Of a stretch of DNA of 32,587 bases, positions 12,901-23,137 are shown piece after piece. The DNA is from Macrostomum lignano (taxonomy: Eukaryota): contig NIVC01003358.1 of the NCBI GenBank assembly GCA_002269645.1, positions 1 to 32,587 of the forward strand, given 5' to 3'. A program made the translations under genes and the position numbers. Positions within the stretch are counted from its first letter, which is position 1, and each line of letters begins with the position of its first letter. The notes below the pieces were generated by a model. It had not been told where the DNA came from and searched no databases. It saw nothing but the letters and a program-made list of their open reading frames with translations.

Positions 12901-15900
12901 GGCGCTCGCGCGCATCGGCTCCGGCAAGCTGCGCACCGCTCACCCGAACTACGACGTCATGAACTCCGTGGCCGCGCTGGCCATGTCCGGCACTACCGCC
13001 TGCGTCCGGTTCCCCGGCCAGCAGAATTCCGACTGGCGCGGCGTCACCGCCAACCTTGTGCCGTTTCCCCGGCTGCACTTCCTGACTCTCAGCCAGGCTC
13101 CGCTGGCCCGCAATTTCGCCGAGCAAAGCCGCAACCTCGGCCCGCAGGGTCTCATGCAGGTGATTGCTTATCCAGTGATAGCTTTTTGATAGGGAAATCC
13201 TAGTTCACCTGGCGCATCTTTCGGTAGCTTTGTCAGTTCTATTAAAGATCGCATATTCACCAAGATTTAGATCCACGATTTGTAAGACAGCTAGGATAGC
13301 AGAATATGCGCGATGCCGGATAGCAGCGACTCCTTCGGCATTCTTATTCATTGTCGGCTTGACCGTACCTCAGGAACTTCGACAGGCGATGAGAAAGTAC
13401 AAAAGATTTCATTCTAAGAGATTCGAGGCGCTTGCTCGGCTTCAGTATTACAATTCAAAGGCTTTCATTTCAAGGCGAGCTAAAAATTCAAGGAGCACTA
13501 ATCCAGTCCAATTGCATTTTCATTTAGCTCGTGACTTAGAAACTACCTCAGAAGCAGCCAAAGCAATTTTTTTCTTGCAGGAATTGGTGAGCAGGGAAAA
13601 TTTCCTCATGCACTGGGACGACAAACAGGCCCGCTACCTGGCCTGCGCTGCCCTGTTCCGCGGCCGGCTCAGCATGGCGCAGGTGGACGCGGCAGTCGCC
13701 AAGGCCAACGGCCGCATCGCCAGCAGCGGCCTGGTGCCGGACGCCGTGATGCGCTCCGTCTGCGACATCCCGCCGCCGGGCTTTACGGCCAGTGGGACGC
13801 TGGTGGCCAACCACACCGCCGTGGCCCGCGCGCTGGCCCGCTCTGTGGACAAATTTCGCAAGATGTTCAAGAAGCGCGCCTTCATGCACTGGTACGAGGG
13901 CCTCACCGAGGCGGACTTTGCCGAGGCCGAGAAGCGAACGGTTGACTTGGTTGCAGAGTACATCCAGCTGGAGCGGCAGCCAAAGCAGGCCGGTGGAGTC
14001 GACGAGCAGTGGTGATCTGGGCGTGGCCCAGTCGGCTGCTGATGCACTTTCGGTTCGAACTACTCAGAGAAAAAAATTCCAAACAACTTGATTTTCGTTT
14101 AAGTTATAAATTTCAGTTGTGCATGGTATAAGTTGTTTCTGAAAATTGAGTTTCTCTGGGTCAAAAAATTGCACTGCCGACTGTCGGGAAATAAACTTGA
14201 CCTTTCAACCTTTTTGTTCGTTGGCTCGCGTAAAAGTTAAAAAATGAAAAAATGCTTTCGTAGCTACTTTCATTAAATTTTAATTTAAAGCTACCTTGCA
14301 AAGTGCATCTCATCGCATACCTTGGACAGCTTAGAGATGTTGCGGTACAAGCTGAGCGGCAGGCAGACGAACAGCGAAGCGAGGAAGACGGCAAAGTTTC
14401 GGTTAGCCAAAACTGAATGGCGCGCCTCCGCTGTGGGATTTGGAATTGGAATTCGAGCTCGTGGATCCATTCTGAGCTGAGATTCATCGACGCTCAGCAA
14501 CGAATTTACGGCACCCAATGATTAAAAATTTACTCACGTCCTCGAATCCGAATGACAATCTCGGCTATTGAGTCCCCAATTATGACATTGTAGCTGACCA
14601 GAGCTGGAGTCCAGTTAAAGGGAAAATTGTGCACGCATTGGCGAGGTAAACAGGCTAGTACTCGCACGGGTCTAAAAGTGGTCCTTGGCCTAGTACTCGC
14701 ACGGGTCTAAAAGTGGTCCTTGGCCTAGTACTCGCACGGGTCTAAAAGTGGTCCTTGGCCTAGTACTCGCACGGGTCTAAAAGTGGTCCTTGGCCTAGTA
14801 CTCGCACGGGTCTAAAAGTGGTCCTTGGCCTAGTACTCGCACGGGTCTAAAAGTGGTTCTTGGCCTAGTACTCGCACGGGTCTAAAAGTGGTCCTTGGCC
14901 TAGTACTCGCACGGGTCTAAAAGTGGTCCTTGGCCTAGTACTCGCACGGGTCTAAAAGTGGTCCTTGGCCTAGTACTCGCACGGGTCTAAAAGTGGTCCT
15001 TGGCCTAGTACTCGCACGGGTCTAAAAGTGGTCCTTGGCCTAGTACTCGCACGGGTCTAAAAGTGGTCCTTGGCCTAGTACTCGCACGGGTCTAAAAGTG
15101 GTCCTTGGCCTAGTACTCGCACGGGTCTAAAAGTGGTCCTTGGCCTAGTACTCGCACGGGTCTAAAAGTGGTCCTTGGCCTAGTACTCGCACGGGTCTAA
15201 AAGTGGTCCTTGGCCTAGTACTCGCACGGGTCTAAAAGTGGTCCTTGGCCTAGTACTCGCACGGGTCTAAAAGTGGTCCTTGGCCTAGTACTCGCACGGG
15301 TCTAAAAGTGGTCCTTGGCTAGTAAGGGACTAACAGTGGTCCTTGGCTAGTAAGGGACTAACAGTGGTCCTTGGCTAGTAAGGGACTAATAGTGGTCCTT
15401 GGCCTAGTATTCGCACGGGACTAACAGTGGTCCTTAGCCTAGTATTCGCACGGGACTAACAGTGGTCCTTGGCCTAGTACTCGCACGGGACTAACAGTGG
15501 TCCTTGGCTAGTAAGGGACTAACAGTGGTCCTTGGCCTAGTACTCGCACGGGACTAACAGTGGTCCTTGGCTAGTAAGGGACTAACAGTGGTCCTTGGCT
15601 AGTAAGGGACTAACAGTGGTCCTTGGCCTAGTACTCTCATGGGACTAACAGTGGTGCTTTGACACAGGACAAGAAACTAGCGGACTCACAGATGAAGGGA
15701 TAGACGGCCTGCATGGCGGTGGCAGTCAGGTAGCCCGCTTTGCCGAGGGAAACTCTGGCCATGTTCTGAAAAGCGGATAAAATATGCCTGGCGTTGCCGA
15801 TGCCACAGACAAGGACAACTCGCAAAGGAATGCAAAAAATTGTGTTAAGCATTCTCTCCTTTATTTTCATGCACCAACTGAACTTCAGCTCTGTTTTTTT

Positions 15901-18543
15901 CACCGGTCTCCAATGGTATTTATTATGTCGTCCTTGCCCACAGTACTGCACACAGACATAAGATCTTTGCCTCCTCCTTTACTGTTCTTCATTAAACGGT
16001 CCGGCATAAAACAAGTTAATTTTGAGTCAATAGAACAGAACAAGTGGCTAATACCTGATAAGAGACGGTATTTGAGAGGGCGCCTCCGGTGACGATGAGG
16101 TGGATGGAGTAGTCGGTGGCCAGCGCCACAGCAGCCAGCAGCAGGAGGCCCAGGCCGATGCCGGAGCAGTGCAGGGCGAAGGGAATGCCTGGTGGCGGTT
16201 CGGGGCTCATTGAGAAGGCGTGTTGTGTCTGTTCAGGTGACCCCCGATCTAGTCTGGACACCTGATCTGGTCTCCCAGGAAATACCGGATCTAGTCTCGC
16301 GATGGACACCTGATCTGGTCTCACAGGTAATACCGGATCTAGTCTCGCGATGGACACCTGATCTGGTCTCACAGGTAATACCGGATCTAGTCTCGCGATG
16401 GACACCTGATCTGGTCTCACAGGTAATACCGGATCTAGTCTCGCGATGGACACCTGATCTGGTCTCACAGGTAATACCGGATCTAGTCTCGCGATGGACA
16501 CCTGATCTGGTCTCCCAGGAAATACCGGATCTAGTCTCGCGATGGACACCTGATCTGGTCTCACAGGTAATACCGGATCTAGTCTCGCGATGGACACCTG
16601 ATCTGGTCTCCCAGGAAATACTGGATCTAGTCTCGCGATGGACACCTGATCTGGTCTCACAGGTAATACCCGATCTAGGTCGTAGTTGCAAGGCATCTAG
16701 TCTCACGGCATCTAGTCTCACAGAGGACACCCGTTTTAGTCTTGTAGGCAACACCCGGTGTAGTCTAAAGTCGTACTGTACATTTATAGTCTTTATGCTT
16801 TATTAATGCTACATGGGTACTTACTGCTCTGGAAAATTAAAGTATAATTATTTTTTTGCTTCCATGCTTGCAGCTCTTGCTACATACGAGTACAAACTAA
16901 CGGGTATTAAACATATGGCTCGTATTTCACACATTCAGATGGAAAAGCCAGTACACACGCATTTCTGGGCATATCGTTTCCAATAATATGGAAGCTTTAA
17001 TTAGAATTTCTCAAATCCATACTTGTCACTCGCCACAAGCCAGGGACAAGGGCAGCCAGAATAAAGTGCAGCGGAGACAACAGGCAGGCTGCAGGAGACT
17101 TAAACTACAGCTACAGGCCTTGTGAGAGTATCCGACTTTGGGAGTTCTACCGCAAATCCCAGCTACGCAGACCCTCACGCATCGGCTCACGTCGGAGCCC
17201 GCAGGGGTGCCGGAGCAGCCGCGCCTCCCAGCAGTTTCTGCTTGCTGCCCGCACGCCCACCGCCAGTGGAGGCCACGCGATGCGGACAGCCGCCCCGGCC
17301 GCCAACTTTTCCCCAGCTCTCTGCCGCATCGCGTGCAGGCTATGGGAGGCAGCCAGTGACTGGCATTAAGAGAAGGCGGGGCAGGCAATAGGCAAGACAC
17401 TACTGAGCTGGGGCTGTAGCAGCTTATTGCTTTTCCTGGTGCAGGAGGTGCAGTACGCACTGTGCCACGATGCAGGTGTCCATCATTCACATTAATTGGA
17501 TTCGCCCCAGCTCTAACAGCGGAGTTGCAGTTCCACGCAAGGCATTAAGCAGCTTTAGACAGGAATTATTCTGAGTTCAAGGTAAATTACTGACCAACTA
17601 TGCCCGAGCCGATGACGGAGTTGACCACATTCACAGTGGTCATGAGCAGGCTGGATCGGTGGTCCTCATTGTCGTCATCGCAGCTGGCTGGGAAGACTGC
17701 AGAGTTCCAGGTTGCTGTCTCGTCTGCCACGGGGCTCTCAGCACTACCGGCGGTAGCCAGCGAGTCTTCTGCAGAGGAGACTGAGTGAGAGCTCTGCAAG
17801 AGGCGGGAGGAAAGTTTATCAAAGCTGATCGATCTCGGAGTTTCAGTCTGATCTACCACAGGGCCCGTAACACAGGTCGATCAGCAATTTTTTTCATGCT
17901 GGTCCTCACAGTTTAAAAGCAAAACTAAGTTTAGAAATCTATAAATAGTGCTTAGCAGTGCACAAATGTGAGAAATGGTGCGGTGCCGCAGCGGCAAGTG
18001 CTGTCCAAGCGGTTCCCGCATCCGGCAGCGGACTTCATGCATAATTCAGGCATCGCTGCTCAGCCCGGACTATTGAGTGGCGGGGCAGCAGCTCAAGCTT
18101 TGCCAGGCCCGGGCCAAGTTTGGCACTGAAGAATTCTAATCTGAGAAGAAGCCGTCTCAACAACTGAGCTGAGCGAAATACCTGCTGATGATGACGCTGA
18201 AAATTCTGCGCCAGGCCAAGCCGCCGATCTGCCGGATTCTCCAGCAGCGCTTCGACCGCGTCGAATTCGTTCTTCGGCTCTGCCGCTGATTCAGCCGGGG
18301 TGGTCGGGGATGGGCGATGGAAAAGGCTGGCTATAGTGTGCATAAAATGCATTGCAGTCAGCCTACATGTCATAAACCTAGCACCAAACACAGGCTATCT
18401 TAGAAAGCTCTCTGGAAGAATTTCCTTAAATAATGAATGTTGTCTCAGCATTGTTTTAAACGAAATTTGAGCCTTCAATAAACTTCTCATCAATTTTATG
18501 TGCTTTATCAAACGCCCTATACTTAGGTGCAATACTTACCCAT
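9964..18543 (-). CDS. SLC38A11: SLC38A11-like amino acid transporter (AAAP/Aa_trans family), 11 coding exons, ~519 aa
   Basis: Hand-spliced exons, all GT-AG and phase-compatible: 18543-18540, 18285-18182, 17793-17595, 16188-16055, 15765-15690, 14603-14538, 14430-14321, 11873-11794, 10953-10883, 10760-10351, 10269-9964 (1560 nt). Motifs: NSVIGSGIVGIPFA, VYPFISLVSYNVIIGDS, LPLSLYRNISKLSK, AFMCQH, DVLENYCSWDDLINFSR, LTFPVDCFVVREV, AAPLAFILPPLC. The two 5' exons are less certain; exons 3-11 are strong. Confidence 0.9.
12212..14015 (+). CDS. TUBB-like: Highly divergent beta-tubulin-like protein, 3 exons, ~433 aa, nested antisense in the transporter intron 11874-14320
   Basis: Exons 12212-12268 (MREILTVQVGGAGIRLGNQ), 12350-13159 and 13581-14015, all GT-AG and phase 0. 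Motifs: MREI, VPRAILVD, GGGTGSG, VVEPYN, IDNEAL, RFPGQ, NLVPFPRLHF, CDIPP, AFMHWY. RFPGQ, PFPRLHF and the intron after codon 19 are beta-type features. Confidence 0.92.
14190..14195 (+). terminator. Candidate polyadenylation signal of the tubulin-like gene
   Basis: AATAAA ~175 nt after the stop codon, still inside the host intron. Confidence 0.4.
14655..15655. repeat. 35-bp minisatellite (CTAGTACTCGCACGGGTCTAAAAGTGGTCCTTGGC), 19 near-perfect copies followed by a mixed 28/35-bp variant zone; intronic
   Basis: Period of 35 read directly for 14655-15320. Variant units with GACTAACAG and TAGTAAGGG occupy 15320-15655. Confidence 0.96.
16243..16678. repeat. 48-bp minisatellite (dimer of two related 24-mers), ~9 copies; intronic
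   Basis: Unit CCGGATCTAGTCTCGCGATGGACA + CCTGATCTGGTCTCACAGGTAATA, with CCAGGAAATA variants. Confidence 0.95.
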
Positions 18544-18643
18544 TCTGCTCGCAGCAAGCCGGGAACTGTGCTGAGTCCCAGCATGGATGGCAGCAGGGAG
18601 CTCTTACATAAGTCTCAGCTCTCAAGTGGGTAGTCCGATCTGG

Positions 18644-18662
18644 CCAATCAGAGTTGACCAAT
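18644..18662. promoter_or_regulatory. Tandem CCAAT boxes upstream of the predicted first exon of the transporter
   Basis: CCAAT at 18644 and 18658, ~100 bp upstream of the predicted start codon (18543). Confidence 0.3.
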
Positions 18663-19480
18663 CTCAATTTCAAGCCTGCTTCCAGTGGGAAAGGCCTCTA
18701 CACCCTTTCCATTGTGTAGCTAACGTGGTTGTGGGTGTCTCATTTGAAACAACACAGGAAGTGTGGCGACTTGCAAGCCCGGCAGATCTGTCAGCTCACC
18801 TGATAGCATCCCAGATAAGCTGAGGCTTGAGCACCGACCGATTACTGCAGGATTTTTTCAGGAATAATTGTAGATCAAAGCCTCATTAAACCGCACAAAG
18901 ACAGATCTCAATACTCAGCTCTCAGCATTGATCCTCGTGCGATCAATGAGCCCGCACATACATGTATGGACTCACAGCTTCAGGCTGGGCCAAACAACTA
19001 AGCTTTGATCCCTTGCTGGCTCCGGGCTGAATTGTGAGATTGTGACTAGCAAGCTACTTAGCTACCTACACCCGCATCAACTCTGCTTTCCTCAAGAGAG
19101 GTGGCAACAAAGAGGGAAAGTGCTCACAAAAATCAACAGCTGGCAATAACAGTAGTACGCTCGTATAGCCAAGATACATGTGGCAATGCAGTAGTAATCA
19201 ATTCAAACAGCCATAACCAAGAGCAGGTATACATGTGAAAAGTTCCTGGTGTTGAGATGCTTTCAACATCTTTCATCTTTCTTTCAACAGCTTTCAAAAT
19301 TCCTGGTGTTGAGATGCTTCTCTGATGCTTTCAACGTTCGCGAGTTTTGAAAAGAGTTTTTGTGTTTTTGCATGCATTGCAAAGTCGGAAGGTCCATCCC
19401 AATACGCACAGTCCCTGACTTTGCCTTGTTAGACAGTCGGTAGTATTCTGGATATTTTCAATTGGGCTGGAAGCAATGTA

Positions 19481-20796
19481 TGCACTCTCTGCATGCACAG
19501 CACACTAGACGCACTCTCGGCATGCACAGCACACTGAATGCACTCTCTGCATGCACAGCACACTAGACGCACTCTCGGCATGCACAGCACACTGGATGCA
19601 CTCTCGGCATGCACAGCACACTGCATGGATGCACTCTCTGCATGCATAGCACACTAGACGCACTCTCGGCATGCACAGCACACTGCATGGATGCACTCTC
19701 GGCATGCACAGCACACTGGATGCACTCTCGGCATGCACAGCACACTGCATGGATGCACTCTCTGCATGCATAGCACACTAGACGCACTCTCGGCATGCAC
19801 AGCACACTGGATGCACTCTCGGCATGCACAGCACACTGCATGGATGCACTCTCGGCATGCACAGCACACTGGATGCACTCTCGGCATGCACAGCACACTG
19901 CATGGATGCACTCTCGGCATGCACAGCACACTGGATGCACTCTCGGCATGCACAGCACACTGGATGCACTCTCGGCATGCACTCTCGGCATGCACAGCAC
20001 ACTGGATGCACTCTCGGCATGCACTCTCGGCATGCACAGCACACTGGATGCACTCTCGGCATGCACTCTCGGCATGCACAGCACACTGGATGCACTCTCG
20101 GCATGCACTCTCGGCATGCACAGCACACTGGATGCACTCTCGGCATGCACAGCACACTGCATGGATGCACTCTCGGCATGCACAGCACACTGGATGCACT
20201 CTCGGCATGCACAGCACACTGCATGGATGCACTCTCGGCATGCACAGCACACTGGATGCACTCTCGGCATGCACAGCACACTGCATGGATGCACTCTCGG
20301 CATGCACAGCACACTGGATGCACTCTCGGCATGCACTCTCGGCATGCACTCTCGGCATGCACAGCACACTGGATGCACTCTCGGCATGCACTCTCGGCAT
20401 GCACAGCACACTGGATGCACTCTCGGCATGCACTCTCGGCATGCACAGCACACTGGATGCACTCTCGGCATGCACAGCACACTGGATGCACTCTCGGCAT
20501 GCACTCTCGGCATGCACAGCACACTGGATGCACTCTCGGCATGCACTCTCGGCATGCACAGCACACTGGATGCACTCTCGGCATGCACTCTCGGCATGCA
20601 CAGCACACTGGATGCACTCTCGGCATGCACTCTCGGCATGCACAGCACACTGGATGCACTCTCGGCATGCACAGCACACTGGATGCACTCTCGGCATGCA
20701 CAGCACACTGGATGCACTCTCGGCATGCACAGCACACTGGATGCACTCTCGGCATGCACAGCACACTGGATGCACTCTCAGCATGCACAGCACACT
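19481..20796. repeat. Compound minisatellite built on GCACTCTCGGCATGCACAGCACACTGGAT (29 bp), with 33-bp and 42-bp variants
   Basis: Read directly. Variants arise by a GCAT insertion and by duplication of the 13-bp GCACTCTCGGCAT. Confidence 0.96.
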
Positions 20797-22000
20797 GTAG
20801 CTGTGATAGCAGTTCAGGTATTCATAGTTCATACGAGTCTCGTATACGCAAACCAATATAGAGCCGCAGAGCTTCAGTTTGCACTCCCAGTCACTGCCAG
20901 TCAGCTGCAGTCCACATGAAGATCTCATTAGTAATTTCTGCCTTTTTTCTTTCGCAGACCGCGCCCATGCAGTCAAGTTGTATCGATTCCACTGCTGCCG
21001 CTGAGCTGGGAACTTGAAACTGACGCATGCCGGGTCGCAGCTTTCCCGCTCAAACTCACCTGCACGACGATTGCCGGCATGCCTCCATGGGATTATTGTG
21101 CACTCGTACTATTGTCGTGCTTGTTATTAACTGTCAGTCTTGGACGATCGAGTGATGATTTTGCGTTTTGGGCGTCAATGCTGTTTATGTCGTTAGCTTG
21201 AATGGATCGTTCTGCGACCCGTGAGATTAATACACTCCTACTTCAAGTAGTAAAGCTCAGGCAAACTAAAACGAAATGAGTAAAAATAGAAACTATGCAC
21301 TCGTAGGTGCGAGCGTAAGCACTTTTAGAGCTAGATTAGCAATCTGTGCCGCTCCCCGTTGTTGAGGCTACAATTTTTTGAATAAACTACATGTATAGGT
21401 TTTGGCTTTGTAAGTCAACTGATGATCTCATAAGGAAAATGACGTTTTAAAGCAGAATAGCATCCGCCCTGAAAGCCAGCTATGCAGCCTAAGATATCAG
21501 CATCCCCTATGATGTTCGGCTCAAAGCATCTGAGCAATTCCTATGAGCCACAGAATTTCAGCGATTCCCCATATGAGCCTTGACATCTCAGAATTTTCTC
21601 ACATAAACCTTGACAACTCAGCGATTCCCCCTCAGCCACACAATTTCAGCGATCTCACCATGAGCTTTGAAATTTCTCCTGCGAGTTTTGACATCCCAGC
21701 GCAAATGCTATGTATGTCATTAGCTTAGAACTACTGTACCCCTCTACTTGTATTTAACTTAATCAATCGCAGAGTATCAGCTACACAGAAGAAACTATAG
21801 GCATATGCTGTATTATATAGAAATGATATCGATATCTCTGATTTAGATACGGTGTGTGCTGTTAAAGCACTCAATGGTGGCTTTTTACACTGTACACGTA
21901 GATTATTCGTAGTTAATATTAATAATATTAAATGCTAGAGCACATATACAGTCGCGCCAATACTGTATGCAGCTCATACACACACTCAGACAAGGTGTAA

Positions 22001-22340
22001 AGGGCCTGTCAACTGAAGCTCATAAAGTGGAGCCCGAGTAACTTATGTACAAAAATGTTATGTCATTCTGCTCACAGTGATACCAGGAAGCTGGATTTGA
22101 CAAGAAAGCGACGAAAATTGGACTTGGGATTGGGGAGAACAAGCAGAGGGATAATTGGGGACTCTACTTTATGAGCTTAAGTTGACATAGTACGCTCGTA
22201 CATGTAGTCCCTAAATAATTTACTAATACAAGTCTATTGTTGTCACTTTTTTGACAAATCCACATTTCTGGTGGCACTGTAAGCAAAATGACGTATAAGT
22301 TACTCAGGATCCACTTTATGAGCTTTAGTTGACAGGCCCT
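22001..22340. mobile_element. MITE-like element with ~120-bp imperfect terminal inverted repeats
   Basis: AGGGCCTGTCAACTGAAGCTCATAAAGTGGA at 22001 versus TCCACTTTATGAGCTTTAGTTGACAGGCCCT ending at 22340. Inverted similarity extends to ~22128/22226. No clear TSD, so the superfamily is unassigned. Confidence 0.7.
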
Positions 22341-22344
22341 TTCC

Positions 22345-22570
22345 AATCGTCAGGCATGTACACTTTCTGTGCCTCAGGGGTTGGCAGCCCTCGTGGGTGT
22401 GAATTGCGCAACAACCCAGTGAATTGCGCAACAACCCAGTGAATTGCGCAACAACCCAATTCCGGCTAATTTTCGTGCACGAGCCCCAAATGAATGGCCG
22501 CGAAGGGAATCGAACCTGGGGGGTCGTGGCGCGAGAGTCAGACGTGTGAGCTGCTCTGCCCTCATCATCC
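22345..22570 (-). mobile_element. Degenerate tRNA-derived SINE-like remnant containing a 20-bp triplicated unit
   Basis: Minus-strand B-box GGTTCGATTCCC (22505-22516), preceded by tRNA-like CGTCTGACTC and a weak A-box. GTGAATTGCGCAACAACCCA x3 at 22399-22458. Left boundary is approximate. Confidence 0.45.
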
Positions 22571-22714
22571 GTAGTTATCACAATCAAGGACCACTAGAAG
22601 ATTACGTAATAATAATACTTTAGTAGTCCATGATATTAGTTAGAAAAGTAAGCTGTTAAACTAAGTGCAGAAATTTTGGCTATCTCAAGGTCGCTCCAGC
22701 GCTATCTTCACCAA

Positions 22715-23137
22715 CACTCATTTACCCAAGTTTCAGGTAAGACAGAAGCTTTCTCTATGCCCAACACAGCCACTCATTTACCCAAGCTTCAGACAGAAGC
22801 TTTCTCTATGACCCAACACAGCCACTCATTTACCCAAGCTTCAGACAGAAGCTTTCTCTATGACCCAACACAGCCACTCATTTACCCAAGCTTCAGACAG
22901 AAGCTTTCTCTATGACCCAACACAGCCACTCATTTACCCAAGCTTCAGACAGAAGCTTTCTCTATGACCCAACACAGCCACTCATTTACCCAAGCTTCAG
23001 ACAGAAGCTTTCTCTATGACCCAACACAGCCACTCATTTACCCAAGCTTCAGGTCAGACAGAAGCTTTCTCTATGACCCAACACAGCCACTCATTTACCC
23101 AAGCTTCAGGTCAGACAGAAGCTTTCTCTATGACCCA
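22715..23137. repeat. 52-bp minisatellite, ~8 copies; the last copies are 57 bp (CAGGT insertion)
   Basis: Unit CAGACAGAAGCTTTCTCTATGACCCAACACAGCCACTCATTTACCCAAGCTT; period verified at 22790 and 22842. Confidence 0.93.

Noticed and set aside
12292-13889. Alternative ORFs overlapping the tubulin gene (12292..13203, 12311..13126, 13548..13889, start of 13230..14015)
   Set aside because: Shadow frames of GC-rich coding DNA. 13230-13580 is intronic.
14655-15655. Regular 35-bp repeats as a possible CRISPR array
   Set aside because: Head-to-tail units with no unique spacers, no cas genes, and a eukaryotic intron context.
16016-16806. Three long ORFs over the 48-bp array
   Set aside because: Repeat artefacts. 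Only 16055-16188 is a real transporter exon.
19243-19319. 20-bp direct repeat TTCCTGGTGTTGAGATGCTT x2
   Set aside because: Simple local duplication; too long and too close for a TSD, with no element between.
19429-20976. Cys/His-rich ORFs resembling metallothionein or zinc fingers
   Set aside because: All six frames of one minisatellite are open, which is the signature of a stop-poor repeat.
20790-21200. Open frames with consensus splice sites on both strands beside the 29-bp array
   Set aside because: Conflicting strands, no recognisable product, and no consistent model.
21540-21700. Degenerate repeats of TCAGCGATTC/GAGCC and a 61-aa ORF
   Set aside because: Eroded tandem repeat with no definable period; the ORF is a by-product.
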